Assembly: GCA_003228115.1 (NCBI GenBank) | Contig: QEVV01000001.1 | Coordinates: forward strand, 467,834-531,833 | Length of the DNA stretch: 64,000 nt | Reading direction: 5' to 3' | Source: Chloroflexota bacterium | GTDB lineage: Bacteria > Chloroflexota > Dehalococcoidia > Lucifugimonadales > SAR202-VII-2 | Shown here: positions 56,562-64,000 of the stretch, piece after piece | Layout: each line of letters begins with the position of its first letter | How positions within the stretch are numbered: position 1 is the stretch's first letter | The notes under the pieces: generated by a model | Seen by the model: only the letters and a program-made list of their open reading frames with translations | The model's database searches: none | What the model was told of the DNA's origin: nothing | Position numbers and translations under genes: made by a program

Positions 56562-58262
56562 TTGGAACGCCGTGACTTCGTCGTTCGTTTCGCAGGTGAA
56601 GGCGGCCAGGGTGTAGTTACCGCCGCCGAGTTTCTGGCCAGAGCGGCCGCAACCGTCGGTTATCATGTAATGACCTTCGCTACGTTTCCCTCCCAGATCA
56701 AGGGGGGGCCCACCTACACCCAGGTTCGTATTTCCACCGATCCGGTCCTAAGTTCCGGAGACGAGATTGATGTCCTCGTCGCCCTGAATCTTGAAGCCTA
56801 CAACAACCACAAGGCGGAGGTCAGAGAAGACGGTGTGGTTATGTATGACACCGTCTTCGAAATTGACGCTGAAACCAGGGCGTTGGGCGTACCTATTGAG
56901 GTACTGGCCAAGGAAGCTGGGGAGGCACGCTCTGCCAACATGGTCATCCTGGGCGCATTGGCGCACTTGGTGAACATGCCAAAGGAGTATTTCCAGGACT
57001 TCGTGGCAGAACGGTTCAAGGGACGGGACAAGGTTGTTGACTTCAACACGAAAGCGCTTGAACTGGGCCGCCTTCATGCCGCCACCAGCGAGTTCCAGCT
57101 AGGAAGCCTGATGGCGCCTATAAGGCCCGAGGGAAAGCAGATACTGATCAAAGGGAACGATGCGCTCTCCATCGGCGCTTTGCAAGCGGGCGTCGACTAC
57201 TATGTCGGCTACCCCATTTCCCCTGCTACTCCCATCTTCATCTTCATGGAGAAGAACCTCGTCGGCCCAGGCAGGTTCGCCTACCAAGCAACGTCAGAGA
57301 TCGAGTCCATCACGGCTATCATTGGCGCAGGCTACGCCGGAAAGAAGGCAATGACGGCCACGGCGGGCCCCGGGTTCACGCTTATGAGCGAGGGTCTTGG
57401 TCTAGCATGGATGGCTGAAATTCCATGCGTTGTCGTTGATGTTCAACGAGGCGGACCCGCAACTGGCCTGCCAACCAAGACGGAACAGTCCGACTTCCAA
57501 ACGGCACTGCACCCTGCCCACGGTGACTCCAAGCTACCCGTGATTGCTCCAGGCACAATCGAGGAATGTTTTTACTCCGCTATCCATGCCTTCAACTGGG
57601 CTGAGAGGTACCAGGGGCCGGTAATTCTGCTTAGTGAGCACATGATGGCAGAGCGGTCTCAAAACATTCCCATGCCTGATCTAGACCTTGTGCCCCCCGA
57701 AACCCGCGAAACGTACACAGGTGACAACGGGTACCTCCGGTACGACGGTGCGGAACTCTCGGCCATGCCGATCCCAGGCTCACCAGGCGCCTACGTGGCA
57801 AACGGGTCAGAGCACGACTCCTACGGTGACACGACCCATCTAGCAGAACGTCACGTCCAGATGACGGAGCGCCGCTTCGGTAAACTGAAGCTGCTGGAAG
57901 ATGGTCATTACGAATCTGAGGGTACCGACTCCCCCATTGCAATCATGCCTTGGGGCGGTTCCAAGGGTCCAGGCCGAGAAGCTTGGGAGGCCCTTATAGC
58001 GAGCGGACAGAGCATCGGCTGGTATTACACGATGTTCCTACACCCTCTGCCAGCGAAACTATTGGAAGAGTTGCTGCAGAAGGAACTGGTCATCGTGCCT
58101 GAATTGAACTACCTGGGCCAATTCTCTTCATACCTACGGACATACGGCATACGAGCCGAATCCATAACCCAGTACACGGGACTGCCCTTCAAGGTCAGCG
58201 TCCTGGAAGAGCGTATTACGAAGCGAGTTGAAGCCCACGGAAGAGGAGTCGTTAGAGTATGA
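56562..58262 (+). CDS. korA: 2-oxoacid:acceptor oxidoreductase alpha (gamma-alpha fusion)
   Basis: AGEGGQG, GYPISPA, TAGPG, QRGGPATGLPTKTEQSD. Confidence 0.92.
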   Translation: MERRDFVVRFAGEGGQGVVTAAEFLARAAATVGYHVMTFATFPSQIKGGPTYTQVRISTDPVLSSGDEIDVLVALNLEAYNNHKAEVREDGVVMYDTVFEIDAETRALGVPIEVLAKEAGEARSANMVILGALAHLVNMPKEYFQDFVAERFKGRDKVVDFNTKALELGRLHAATSEFQLGSLMAPIRPEGKQILIKGNDALSIGALQAGVDYYVGYPISPATPIFIFMEKNLVGPGRFAYQATSEIESITAIIGAGYAGKKAMTATAGPGFTLMSEGLGLAWMAEIPCVVVDVQRGGPATGLPTKTEQSDFQTALHPAHGDSKLPVIAPGTIEECFYSAIHAFNWAERYQGPVILLSEHMMAERSQNIPMPDLDLVPPETRETYTGDNGYLRYDGAELSAMPIPGSPGAYVANGSEHDSYGDTTHLAERHVQMTERRFGKLKLLEDGHYESEGTDSPIAIMPWGGSKGPGREAWEALIASGQSIGWYYTMFLHPLPAKLLEELLQKELVIVPELNYLGQFSSYLRTYGIRAESITQYTGLPFKVSVLEERITKRVEAHGRGVVRV

Positions 58263-59131
58263 GCGCCAAGAATCCTGAGTACGATTTCAAGTGGTGTCCC
58301 GGCTGCGGCGATTTCGGGGTCCGGCGGGCTTTGGAATGGGCGGTAGAGGAACGCGGTGAGCGGACCGGCGAACCGATCTACAACAACGTCATAGTGGCTG
58401 GGATCGGATGTTCTGGAAACCTTGTGCACCTCTACGAGGGAGAGCAACAGCCCTATGGCATCCACGGCATCCACGGCCGCACACTTCCCATTGCGCTCGG
58501 TGTCAAGATGGGCAGGCCGGACCTAAACGTCATTGTAGTGGCCGGCGATGGTGACTTCCTGAGCATTGGCCAGGAGCATATTGCCCCTCAGGCCGCTCGG
58601 AACTTGGACATCACCTGCGTCATCATGGACAACGGCGTCTACGGACTGACCAAGGGCCAGAGTTCGCCTACCGGCGAGCAAAACATGGTGACCAACTCCA
58701 CGCCCTACGGAAAGCTGGAGGTGGGACTCAACCCTCTTCAGTTCTTCCTGAGCGTAGGTGTCTCATTCGTGGCCTCAGCGTTCTCCGGCAAGCCCAGAGA
58801 CATGGCTAAGCTTATGGGTCAAGCGATGGATCACCCAGGTTTCTCGATCATCAATGTGCAGTCGCCCTGCACCACCTATAACGACACCTTTGAAATGCTG
58901 AAGGGCAGCAAGAACAAAGGCATTGAGCCTGCCCTCTATGACATCCCCGAAGACCACGACCCCACGGACTGGAATGCAGCCCTAGAGATAGCGAGGGCGG
59001 ACGGAGTACCGGTGGGAATCCTGTACCAGGAGCAGTACTCCCAGCCCCTGCATCAGAGGATCATCGACACCATTCATCCCCAGTTTCAGGCCAAGACCGT
59101 GCCTGAGATGCTAGAGGCCTTCGTTCTCTAG
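58259..59131 (+). CDS. korB: 2-oxoacid:acceptor oxidoreductase beta (TPP-binding)
   Basis: WCPGCGDF, GIGCSG, HGR, GDGD, NGVYGLTKGQ. Confidence 0.93.
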   Translation: MSAKNPEYDFKWCPGCGDFGVRRALEWAVEERGERTGEPIYNNVIVAGIGCSGNLVHLYEGEQQPYGIHGIHGRTLPIALGVKMGRPDLNVIVVAGDGDFLSIGQEHIAPQAARNLDITCVIMDNGVYGLTKGQSSPTGEQNMVTNSTPYGKLEVGLNPLQFFLSVGVSFVASAFSGKPRDMAKLMGQAMDHPGFSIINVQSPCTTYNDTFEMLKGSKNKGIEPALYDIPEDHDPTDWNAALEIARADGVPVGILYQEQYSQPLHQRIIDTIHPQFQAKTVPEMLEAFVL

Positions 59132-59183
59132 GGCCCCATCTTGGGGGCTGCGTCTTAGACCGGCCCTCCCCGCGTAAGAGTAG

Positions 59184-59226
59184 AAAAAGAAGAGCGCCCC
59201 GCGTTTAGCGGGGCGCTCTTCTTTTT
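59184..59226. terminator. Bidirectional intrinsic terminator
   Basis: aaaaagaagagcgccccgc-gttta-gcggggcgctcttcttttt. Confidence 0.88.
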
Positions 59227-59253
59227 GTCGGTCATAGGCGCCGAAAGCAAGCC

Positions 59254-59794
59254 TTAGGTTGCCATGTAAGGCTCCAAATAGCTCCTGAGTTGCACCCGCG
59301 CCCGGTGGAGCCGGGCTTTGAACGCTGACACTGTGGTCTCCAAGACCTCCGCGGCCTCCAGGTTGGAGAGACCCTGCACATCTCGTAGCGTTACTGCGAT
59401 TCGCAAATCATCGGGCAGGGCAGCCAGGCCAGCCTCCAAGTGCTCCCCCAATTCCTTGTTGAGCGCGGCCCTCTCTGGAGCCTCTTCGGCGCTGGGGGAG
59501 GGGTCAGCGAGCACCTGCTCGACCTCCCCTTCCGGCTGGGTCATGGTCTTGGCCCTACGATCTTTGCGGAGGCGCATGAGGCATGCGTTAACGACAATCC
59601 GATAGAAGCCAGGTGGAAACCTTGGAATCTTGCCGGAACTTATCCAGGTTGCGATAGGCGGAGATGAACGCGTCCTGAACACAGTCCTGAGCGTCATCAG
59701 GGTTCCCCATCACCCGATAGGCAACGTTGTATGCGAAGTCAGCATAGTTCTCTACAATCTGGTCGAAATCAGCGACTTCCGGCTGGAGGGACAC
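59254..59794 (-). pseudogene. ECF sigma-70 factor with a single-base frameshift
   Basis: Region 2 (AQDCVQDAFISAY..STWL) and YRIVVNACL..region 4 (EAAEVL..KARLHRAR) lie in different frames; extra base at TGG-CTT-C-TAT (59606-59607). Confidence 0.82.
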
Positions 59795-59995
59795 GGAGAA
59801 CCTCAGAGGAAATTCAGGAGCAGTTCCATCGTACCGTAGCCGCTCAGCCACGACAGTGTCAATGAATCCCCTACAGGCATCTCCGCCAGCGGGTGATGCA
59901 TCTAAGCCAACAAGAGGGCTCGGCTTCATCTTGACTGGATAAAGGGGCCCAACTACAGTGAATCGAAGATTGGGAGTCCTCAATGGAGTGTAGAG

Positions 59996-60271
59996 ATGGC
60001 GGATTGGCTCAAATTGCCCTCATTCCTGCGTAGGCGAAAGACGGAAGACCACGCCGAAATAGCAGGGTGTTGCTCCGATTACATTGATGGGGAGCTTACG
60101 GAACCGATGCTGTCTCGCCTTGAGAATCATCTGTCATGGTGCGGACCATGCACCGCTTTCATATCCTCGTTGCGATCAACAGTGGATAGCCTGCGAGGGC
60201 TTCCTGCTAAAACGCCCCCTCCCGAACTCAAGGACGCAATCCGGCGTGAGGTTCGGAACTCCAAGAACTAG
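59996..60271 (+). CDS. zf-HC2 (ZAS) anti-sigma factor
   Basis: SDYIDGEL...HLSWCGPC (HxxxCxxC). Confidence 0.85.
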   Translation: MADWLKLPSFLRRRKTEDHAEIAGCCSDYIDGELTEPMLSRLENHLSWCGPCTAFISSLRSTVDSLRGLPAKTPPPELKDAIRREVRNSKN

Positions 60272-60288
60272 CACTTCCGCGAGCCCAC

Positions 60289-60326
60289 AAAAGAAAGACC
60301 CGGCGCAAGGCCGGGTCTTTCTTTTT
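60289..60326. terminator. Bidirectional intrinsic terminator
   Basis: aaaagaaagacccggc-gcaag-gccgggtctttcttttt. Confidence 0.88.
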
Positions 60327-60349
60327 CCGATCTGCGCAGAGGGGCCAAC

Positions 60350-60847
60350 TCAAACGTCGTAATCCGCCTCGTAGTCTGCCGGTTGTTCACCAGGCTCGTC
60401 CAGCTCTTGGAACTTGGTGGGACACTTGATCAGCGGATCACCTTTCGTCGTGAAGACGCCGCTTGGGTCGTAGGTGCCCTGGAGGATGATCTCCGAGTGC
60501 GGATTGAAGAAAAGGCTCGGTACCGCTCCGGCGTGGGACACTTGCAGATGATCTCCATTGTCGTCCACCAGAATGAACTCTCCGGTACCGGTACCGGGCG
60601 CTCGCTCAAACGACTCCTGTAGCAACTTCCCCCGAATCCTGAGCGTCTCGTCCGCAAGGGCTTCACCCTGCGCCTGAAGTTCCTGGACCGAGTAGAAGTA
60701 CTGGGCCGCGCCCTGGAAAGACTGAAAGGCAAAGTAGAACATGGCCAAGGCCACGACCGCGACGCTTATGAGCAGCTTCCTGCGGCCCGTGAGCCAAGGC
60801 TCCGGAGCGGCGGCTAGGTTAGGCGGAATGTTAGGTTCAATGGTCAT
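60350..60847 (-). CDS. ccmE: Cytochrome c maturation heme chaperone, Cys-type
   Basis: N-terminal membrane anchor, YFYSVQEL, LRIRG, VPSLF, IKCPTKF. Confidence 0.82.
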   Translation of the reverse strand: MTIEPNIPPNLAAAPEPWLTGRRKLLISVAVVALAMFYFAFQSFQGAAQYFYSVQELQAQGEALADETLRIRGKLLQESFERAPGTGTGEFILVDDNGDHLQVSHAGAVPSLFFNPHSEIILQGTYDPSGVFTTKGDPLIKCPTKFQELDEPGEQPADYEADYDV

Positions 60848-60992
60848 TGTTCGATTCAATCTCCTAGATACCTTCAGCATATCCCATTGCCACTTCCTTC
60901 ACAATGTAATGACGGGAGTCCTTCCACTTGCTCCGTGAGTGCCTACATAGGTATACTTTCGCTGGTCAGCTTGACCAGCAAGGAGTCCTTGA

Positions 60993-61931
60993 ATGCCACC
61001 TCAACCGTTGGCTTTTTTTCGTGGTGAATTCTTGCCACTTGCAGACGCAAAGGTAGGAATCGCTACCCACGCCCTGCACTATGGGACCGCGGTCTTCGAG
61101 GGAATTCGGGCCAACTGGAACGAAGACGACTCGACGCTCTACATCTTCCGCCCACGAGAGCACTACGAGCGCTTGCTGCGCGGGTGCCAGATCCTCCGGA
61201 TGGACATACCCTACTCCGTGGACGATCTCTGTCGGCTGTCGGCGGAGCTGGTGGAGCGAAGCGGCTACCACGACGACCTCTATATACGGCCTCTGGCTTT
61301 CAAAAGCACCGAGCGGGTGGCTAACCTCAAGCTTCATGAGCTTGACGCCGAATTAACTATTATGACCGTCCCCTTGGGGGCCTATTTGGATGTGGAAGCC
61401 GTTGCTCGTTGTTGTACATCAAGTTGGCGTCGCATGGAAGACACCATGATCCCGACGGGCCTGAAGATCAGTGGTCTCTACGTGAACAGCATCCTGGCCA
61501 AGACAGAGGCGGTCTTGGCCGGCTTTGATGAAGCCATTCTGTTGAATCAGGACGGCCACGTCGCGGAGGGTTCCGGCGAAAACATTTTCATGGTGCAAGA
61601 CGGCCGCTTGTTCACTCCGCCCATAACGGACAACGTCCTACCTGGCATAACGCGGGACACGATAATGAAAATGGCGAAGAGCGAGCTAGGCATTGAGACC
61701 GAGGAGCGCAGCATTCGCCGCAGCGAACTCTACCTTGCCGACGAGGTGTTCATGACGGGCACAGCGGCTCATCTGACTCCTGTAGGCGAAATCGACAATA
61801 TGAAGATAGGATCTGGAGCCTGGGGCCCCATCGCCACCGAGCTTCGTTCCCTTTATTTCGACGTGATCCGAGGCCGAAACGCCAAGTACCTTGATTGGTG
61901 CATGCCAGTGCGGGCCAAGGTGAGCGCCTAG
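60993..61931 (+). CDS. ilvE: Branched-chain amino acid aminotransferase
   Basis: HALHYGTAVFEGIRA, YIRP, KISGLYVNS, EGSGENIF, LPGITR, GTAA. Confidence 0.95.
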   Translation: MPPQPLAFFRGEFLPLADAKVGIATHALHYGTAVFEGIRANWNEDDSTLYIFRPREHYERLLRGCQILRMDIPYSVDDLCRLSAELVERSGYHDDLYIRPLAFKSTERVANLKLHELDAELTIMTVPLGAYLDVEAVARCCTSSWRRMEDTMIPTGLKISGLYVNSILAKTEAVLAGFDEAILLNQDGHVAEGSGENIFMVQDGRLFTPPITDNVLPGITRDTIMKMAKSELGIETEERSIRRSELYLADEVFMTGTAAHLTPVGEIDNMKIGSGAWGPIATELRSLYFDVIRGRNAKYLDWCMPVRAKVSA

Positions 61932-61945
61932 TTCCAGGGACGAAC

Positions 61946-62353
61946 GTGATCCTGTTCGCCCTCCACTACTCCATCTTCTCCTTCGTTGCCTGTTGCGGCG
62001 GGCTTCAGATTGCTGCGTGGTATAACCATCTGGACGGCCTGCTTTTTGTGACCAACCGCCTCATTGGTGGCCTTCTCGGCGTGGCGTTAGCCGTGGGAGC
62101 CTTTCTGTGGTTCTTCCTCAGCCGTGAACGCAACGTTCCAGATACCGAGGATGGCCTTGGCGGGTCACTGATGTTCGCCCTATTCCTTGCCGCTGCTGCA
62201 TTCGCCACAGTGTTTACCTTGGGCTTCTCTTCCCTAGTCAATAGCATGCGTTCTCATCAGCCACCGGACGATGTCGACGGTGTCGAGGCGCTGAGGACCA
62301 CCACGTTTGGCACGGCGCTCCGGGCAAGCTTCCGCAGGGATAACCGGTCATGA
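61946..62353 (+). CDS. Hypothetical membrane protein
   Basis: Three hydrophobic segments; ATGA overlap with the next gene. Confidence 0.65.
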   Translation: MILFALHYSIFSFVACCGGLQIAAWYNHLDGLLFVTNRLIGGLLGVALAVGAFLWFFLSRERNVPDTEDGLGGSLMFALFLAAAAFATVFTLGFSSLVNSMRSHQPPDDVDGVEALRTTTFGTALRASFRRDNRS

Positions 62354-62931
62354 CGCGGGTGGACGAGACGGTTCTCCTGTGGCTCAATCAGTGGGTGGGC
62401 TTTCTGCCCTGGGTCGACGCAGCGCTAAAGGTGCTGATTAGCGACTACTTCATGCCCGTGCTGTTCTCTATTACGCTGCTGGGGCTCTGGTTCACCGGCC
62501 TAACCAGGCAGCTACGGGAGATCAATCAGCGGGCAGTCTGGATCGCCGCATCCTCAATGGGATTGGTAAACGCCTGGGTCACCGTGATGAATGCCCACAT
62601 CTTCCGCTTCCGGCCCTTCGTGGATCACGACCTGCCGCTGCTGTTCTACCGCCCAACGGACTCCTCGTTTCCGGCCAATCCAACCGCTTTGGCTTTCGCA
62701 GCGGCGTCAGGGGCTTGGCTAGGCAACAAGAAGGTTGGGGGAATCCTCTTCGCGCTCGGGACGCTGTATTCCGCTGGGAGGGTGTATGCGGGAGTCTTCT
62801 ACCCGTCGGATGTGATCGCCGGCGGTCTGCTGGGAATCGCCTCGACGGCTTTCATGACTATGATCTTCCGGTTAGGAGAGCCCATCCCGACCATCGCACT
62901 GCGTATCATGCGAAGGATCCGGCTAGCCTAG
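62350..62931 (+). CDS. PAP2-family (BcrC-like) membrane protein with degenerate active site
   Basis: FRFRPF (C1), SSFPANP (C2), RVYAGVFYPSDV (C3). Confidence 0.82.
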   Translation: MTRVDETVLLWLNQWVGFLPWVDAALKVLISDYFMPVLFSITLLGLWFTGLTRQLREINQRAVWIAASSMGLVNAWVTVMNAHIFRFRPFVDHDLPLLFYRPTDSSFPANPTALAFAAASGAWLGNKKVGGILFALGTLYSAGRVYAGVFYPSDVIAGGLLGIASTAFMTMIFRLGEPIPTIALRIMRRIRLA

Positions 62932-62944
62932 CAGCGCTTCAGGG

Positions 62945-63274
62945 CTAGAGTTCTCCATTGCCGTGTTCGCCGTGGCCGTTACCATTCTCAGTAAAGTCGT
63001 TCTTGCTCCAAACGCCTATATCGCGCCCTTGATGGACGTGGATGATGAACTCTTCACGCGAGATACCCACGGAGTCCACAATCTCTTCATCCAAGGCGTC
63101 GATGAGGTCTTGAATGCCCTCCTGAGTCACACTCTCGCCAATGGTGAGGGTGCCGTGGACCATTCCAGAAACGTAGTGCAGGTCAATCCTGCCGATCACC
63201 GCTTCGTCCTCTAGTATGGTGTACACCTCAGAATAGGGTGTACGCACCTCTCGCTCAAAGTAAAACGGTCCCAT
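62945..63274 (-). CDS. Hypothetical acidic protein
   Basis: GGAGG RBS; MGPFYFEREVRTPYSEVY..GRIDLHY; no family recognised. Confidence 0.7.
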   Translation of the reverse strand: MGPFYFEREVRTPYSEVYTILEDEAVIGRIDLHYVSGMVHGTLTIGESVTQEGIQDLIDALDEEIVDSVGISREEFIIHVHQGRDIGVWSKNDFTENGNGHGEHGNGEL

Positions 63275-63456
63275 CGACGTTTTCCTCCAATGCAATATTC
63301 CGCCAGGCCTAATCCCTGCCGGCCTTGATAGCTCGCAACATCACCTTCGCGCACTGGACGGTTTCGCTCACCAGGGAATCAAGCGGAGATCCGGGTGCCC
63401 GTGGCCCTTGCCGCCTACGAGAATACCCTGACTTGGGCAATGGGCGCGGCCCCTCC

Positions 63457-64000
63457 CTACTCCCGGACTTGACCGTCGCCCATGATAATCCACTTATAAG
63501 ACGTTAGCTCCCGCAGGCCCATTGGCCCCCGTGCGTGAAGCTTGTTGGTGCTGATAGCCACTTCCGCTCCAAGTCCAAACTGAGCGCCGTCCGTAAAACG
63601 AGTGGAAGCGTTTACAAATACGGCGGCGGCGTCCACCTCGTCCAGGAAGCGCATTGCCGCCGAGTAGTCCTCCGTGAGAATAGCCTCAGAGTGGCCAGAG
63701 CCGTATTTGTGGATGTGCTCCAAAGCCTCGTCAAACGAGTCGACAACGGCCACGGCAGCGACCAAGGAAAGAAACTCCTTGCCCCAATCGTCCTCAGTTG
63801 CCGGAACCACAGCGGTCCCGTGACTCGGTCCGAGAATAGAAAGCGCCCTGTGGTCGCAATGCATCTCCACACCTGCTTCAGCCCAGGCCAAAGCCACCTT
63901 GGGCAACACCTCCGGCGCCACCTTGGCGTGGACCAAGAGGGTATCCAGGGCATTGCATACGGTGGGGCGTTGAACCTTTGCATTGTAGGCAATGGCCACA
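63457..64000 (-). CDS. proA: Gamma-glutamyl phosphate reductase, C-terminal part
   Basis: [38 protein letters not shown]. Confidence 0.95.
   Translation of the reverse strand, partial: VAIAYNAKVQRPTVCNALDTLLVHAKVAPEVLPKVALAWAEAGVEMHCDHRALSILGPSHGTAVVPATEDDWGKEFLSLVAAVAVVDSFDEALEHIHKYGSGHSEAILTEDYSAAMRFLDEVDAAAVFVNASTRFTDGAQFGLGAEVAISTNKLHARGPMGLRELTSYKWIIMGDGQVRE

Noticed and set aside
63275-63456. Possible ncRNA or riboswitch between proA and the hypothetical gene
   Set aside because: No recognisable consensus or convincing long stem; would need an Rfam scan

Overview
GC-rich bacterial window. The gene style (heavy paralog expansion of SDRs, amidohydrolases and hydantoinase/oxoprolinases, lipoprotein solute receptors, an AGAAC-N4-GTTCT LexA box, a Cys-type CcmE) suggests Chloroflexota/Dehalococcoidia, e.g. 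SAR202-like; this is inference, not a taxonomic assignment. Housekeeping genes (lutABC, msrA, tag, trxA, iscS, dinB, korAB, ccmE, ilvE, proA) are interleaved with large catabolic clusters: (i) paired paralogs at 10.9-25.3 kb (2 isochorismatase-like, 2 dienelactone hydrolase-like, 2 M24-fold, a short MetE, HyuA/HyuB, thiolase-like/DUF35); (ii) a second HyuA/HyuB system with a Liv-type ABC importer; (iii) six tandem SDRs with a shared N-terminal motif. Features the ORF track misses: a tRNA-Sec (25753-25851, -), a DUF3179 lipoprotein read through a UGA in a U-x-x-C motif with a clear SECIS hairpin (50086-51627), acetone-carboxylase-gamma-like domains fused to both HyuB proteins, a PAP2 protein lacking both catalytic histidines, a VOC gene with a premature TAA, a frameshifted ECF sigma factor, and three families of REP-like palindromes. 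No CRISPR array, transposase or integrase was seen. All family calls are by eye from motifs; no database search was run.
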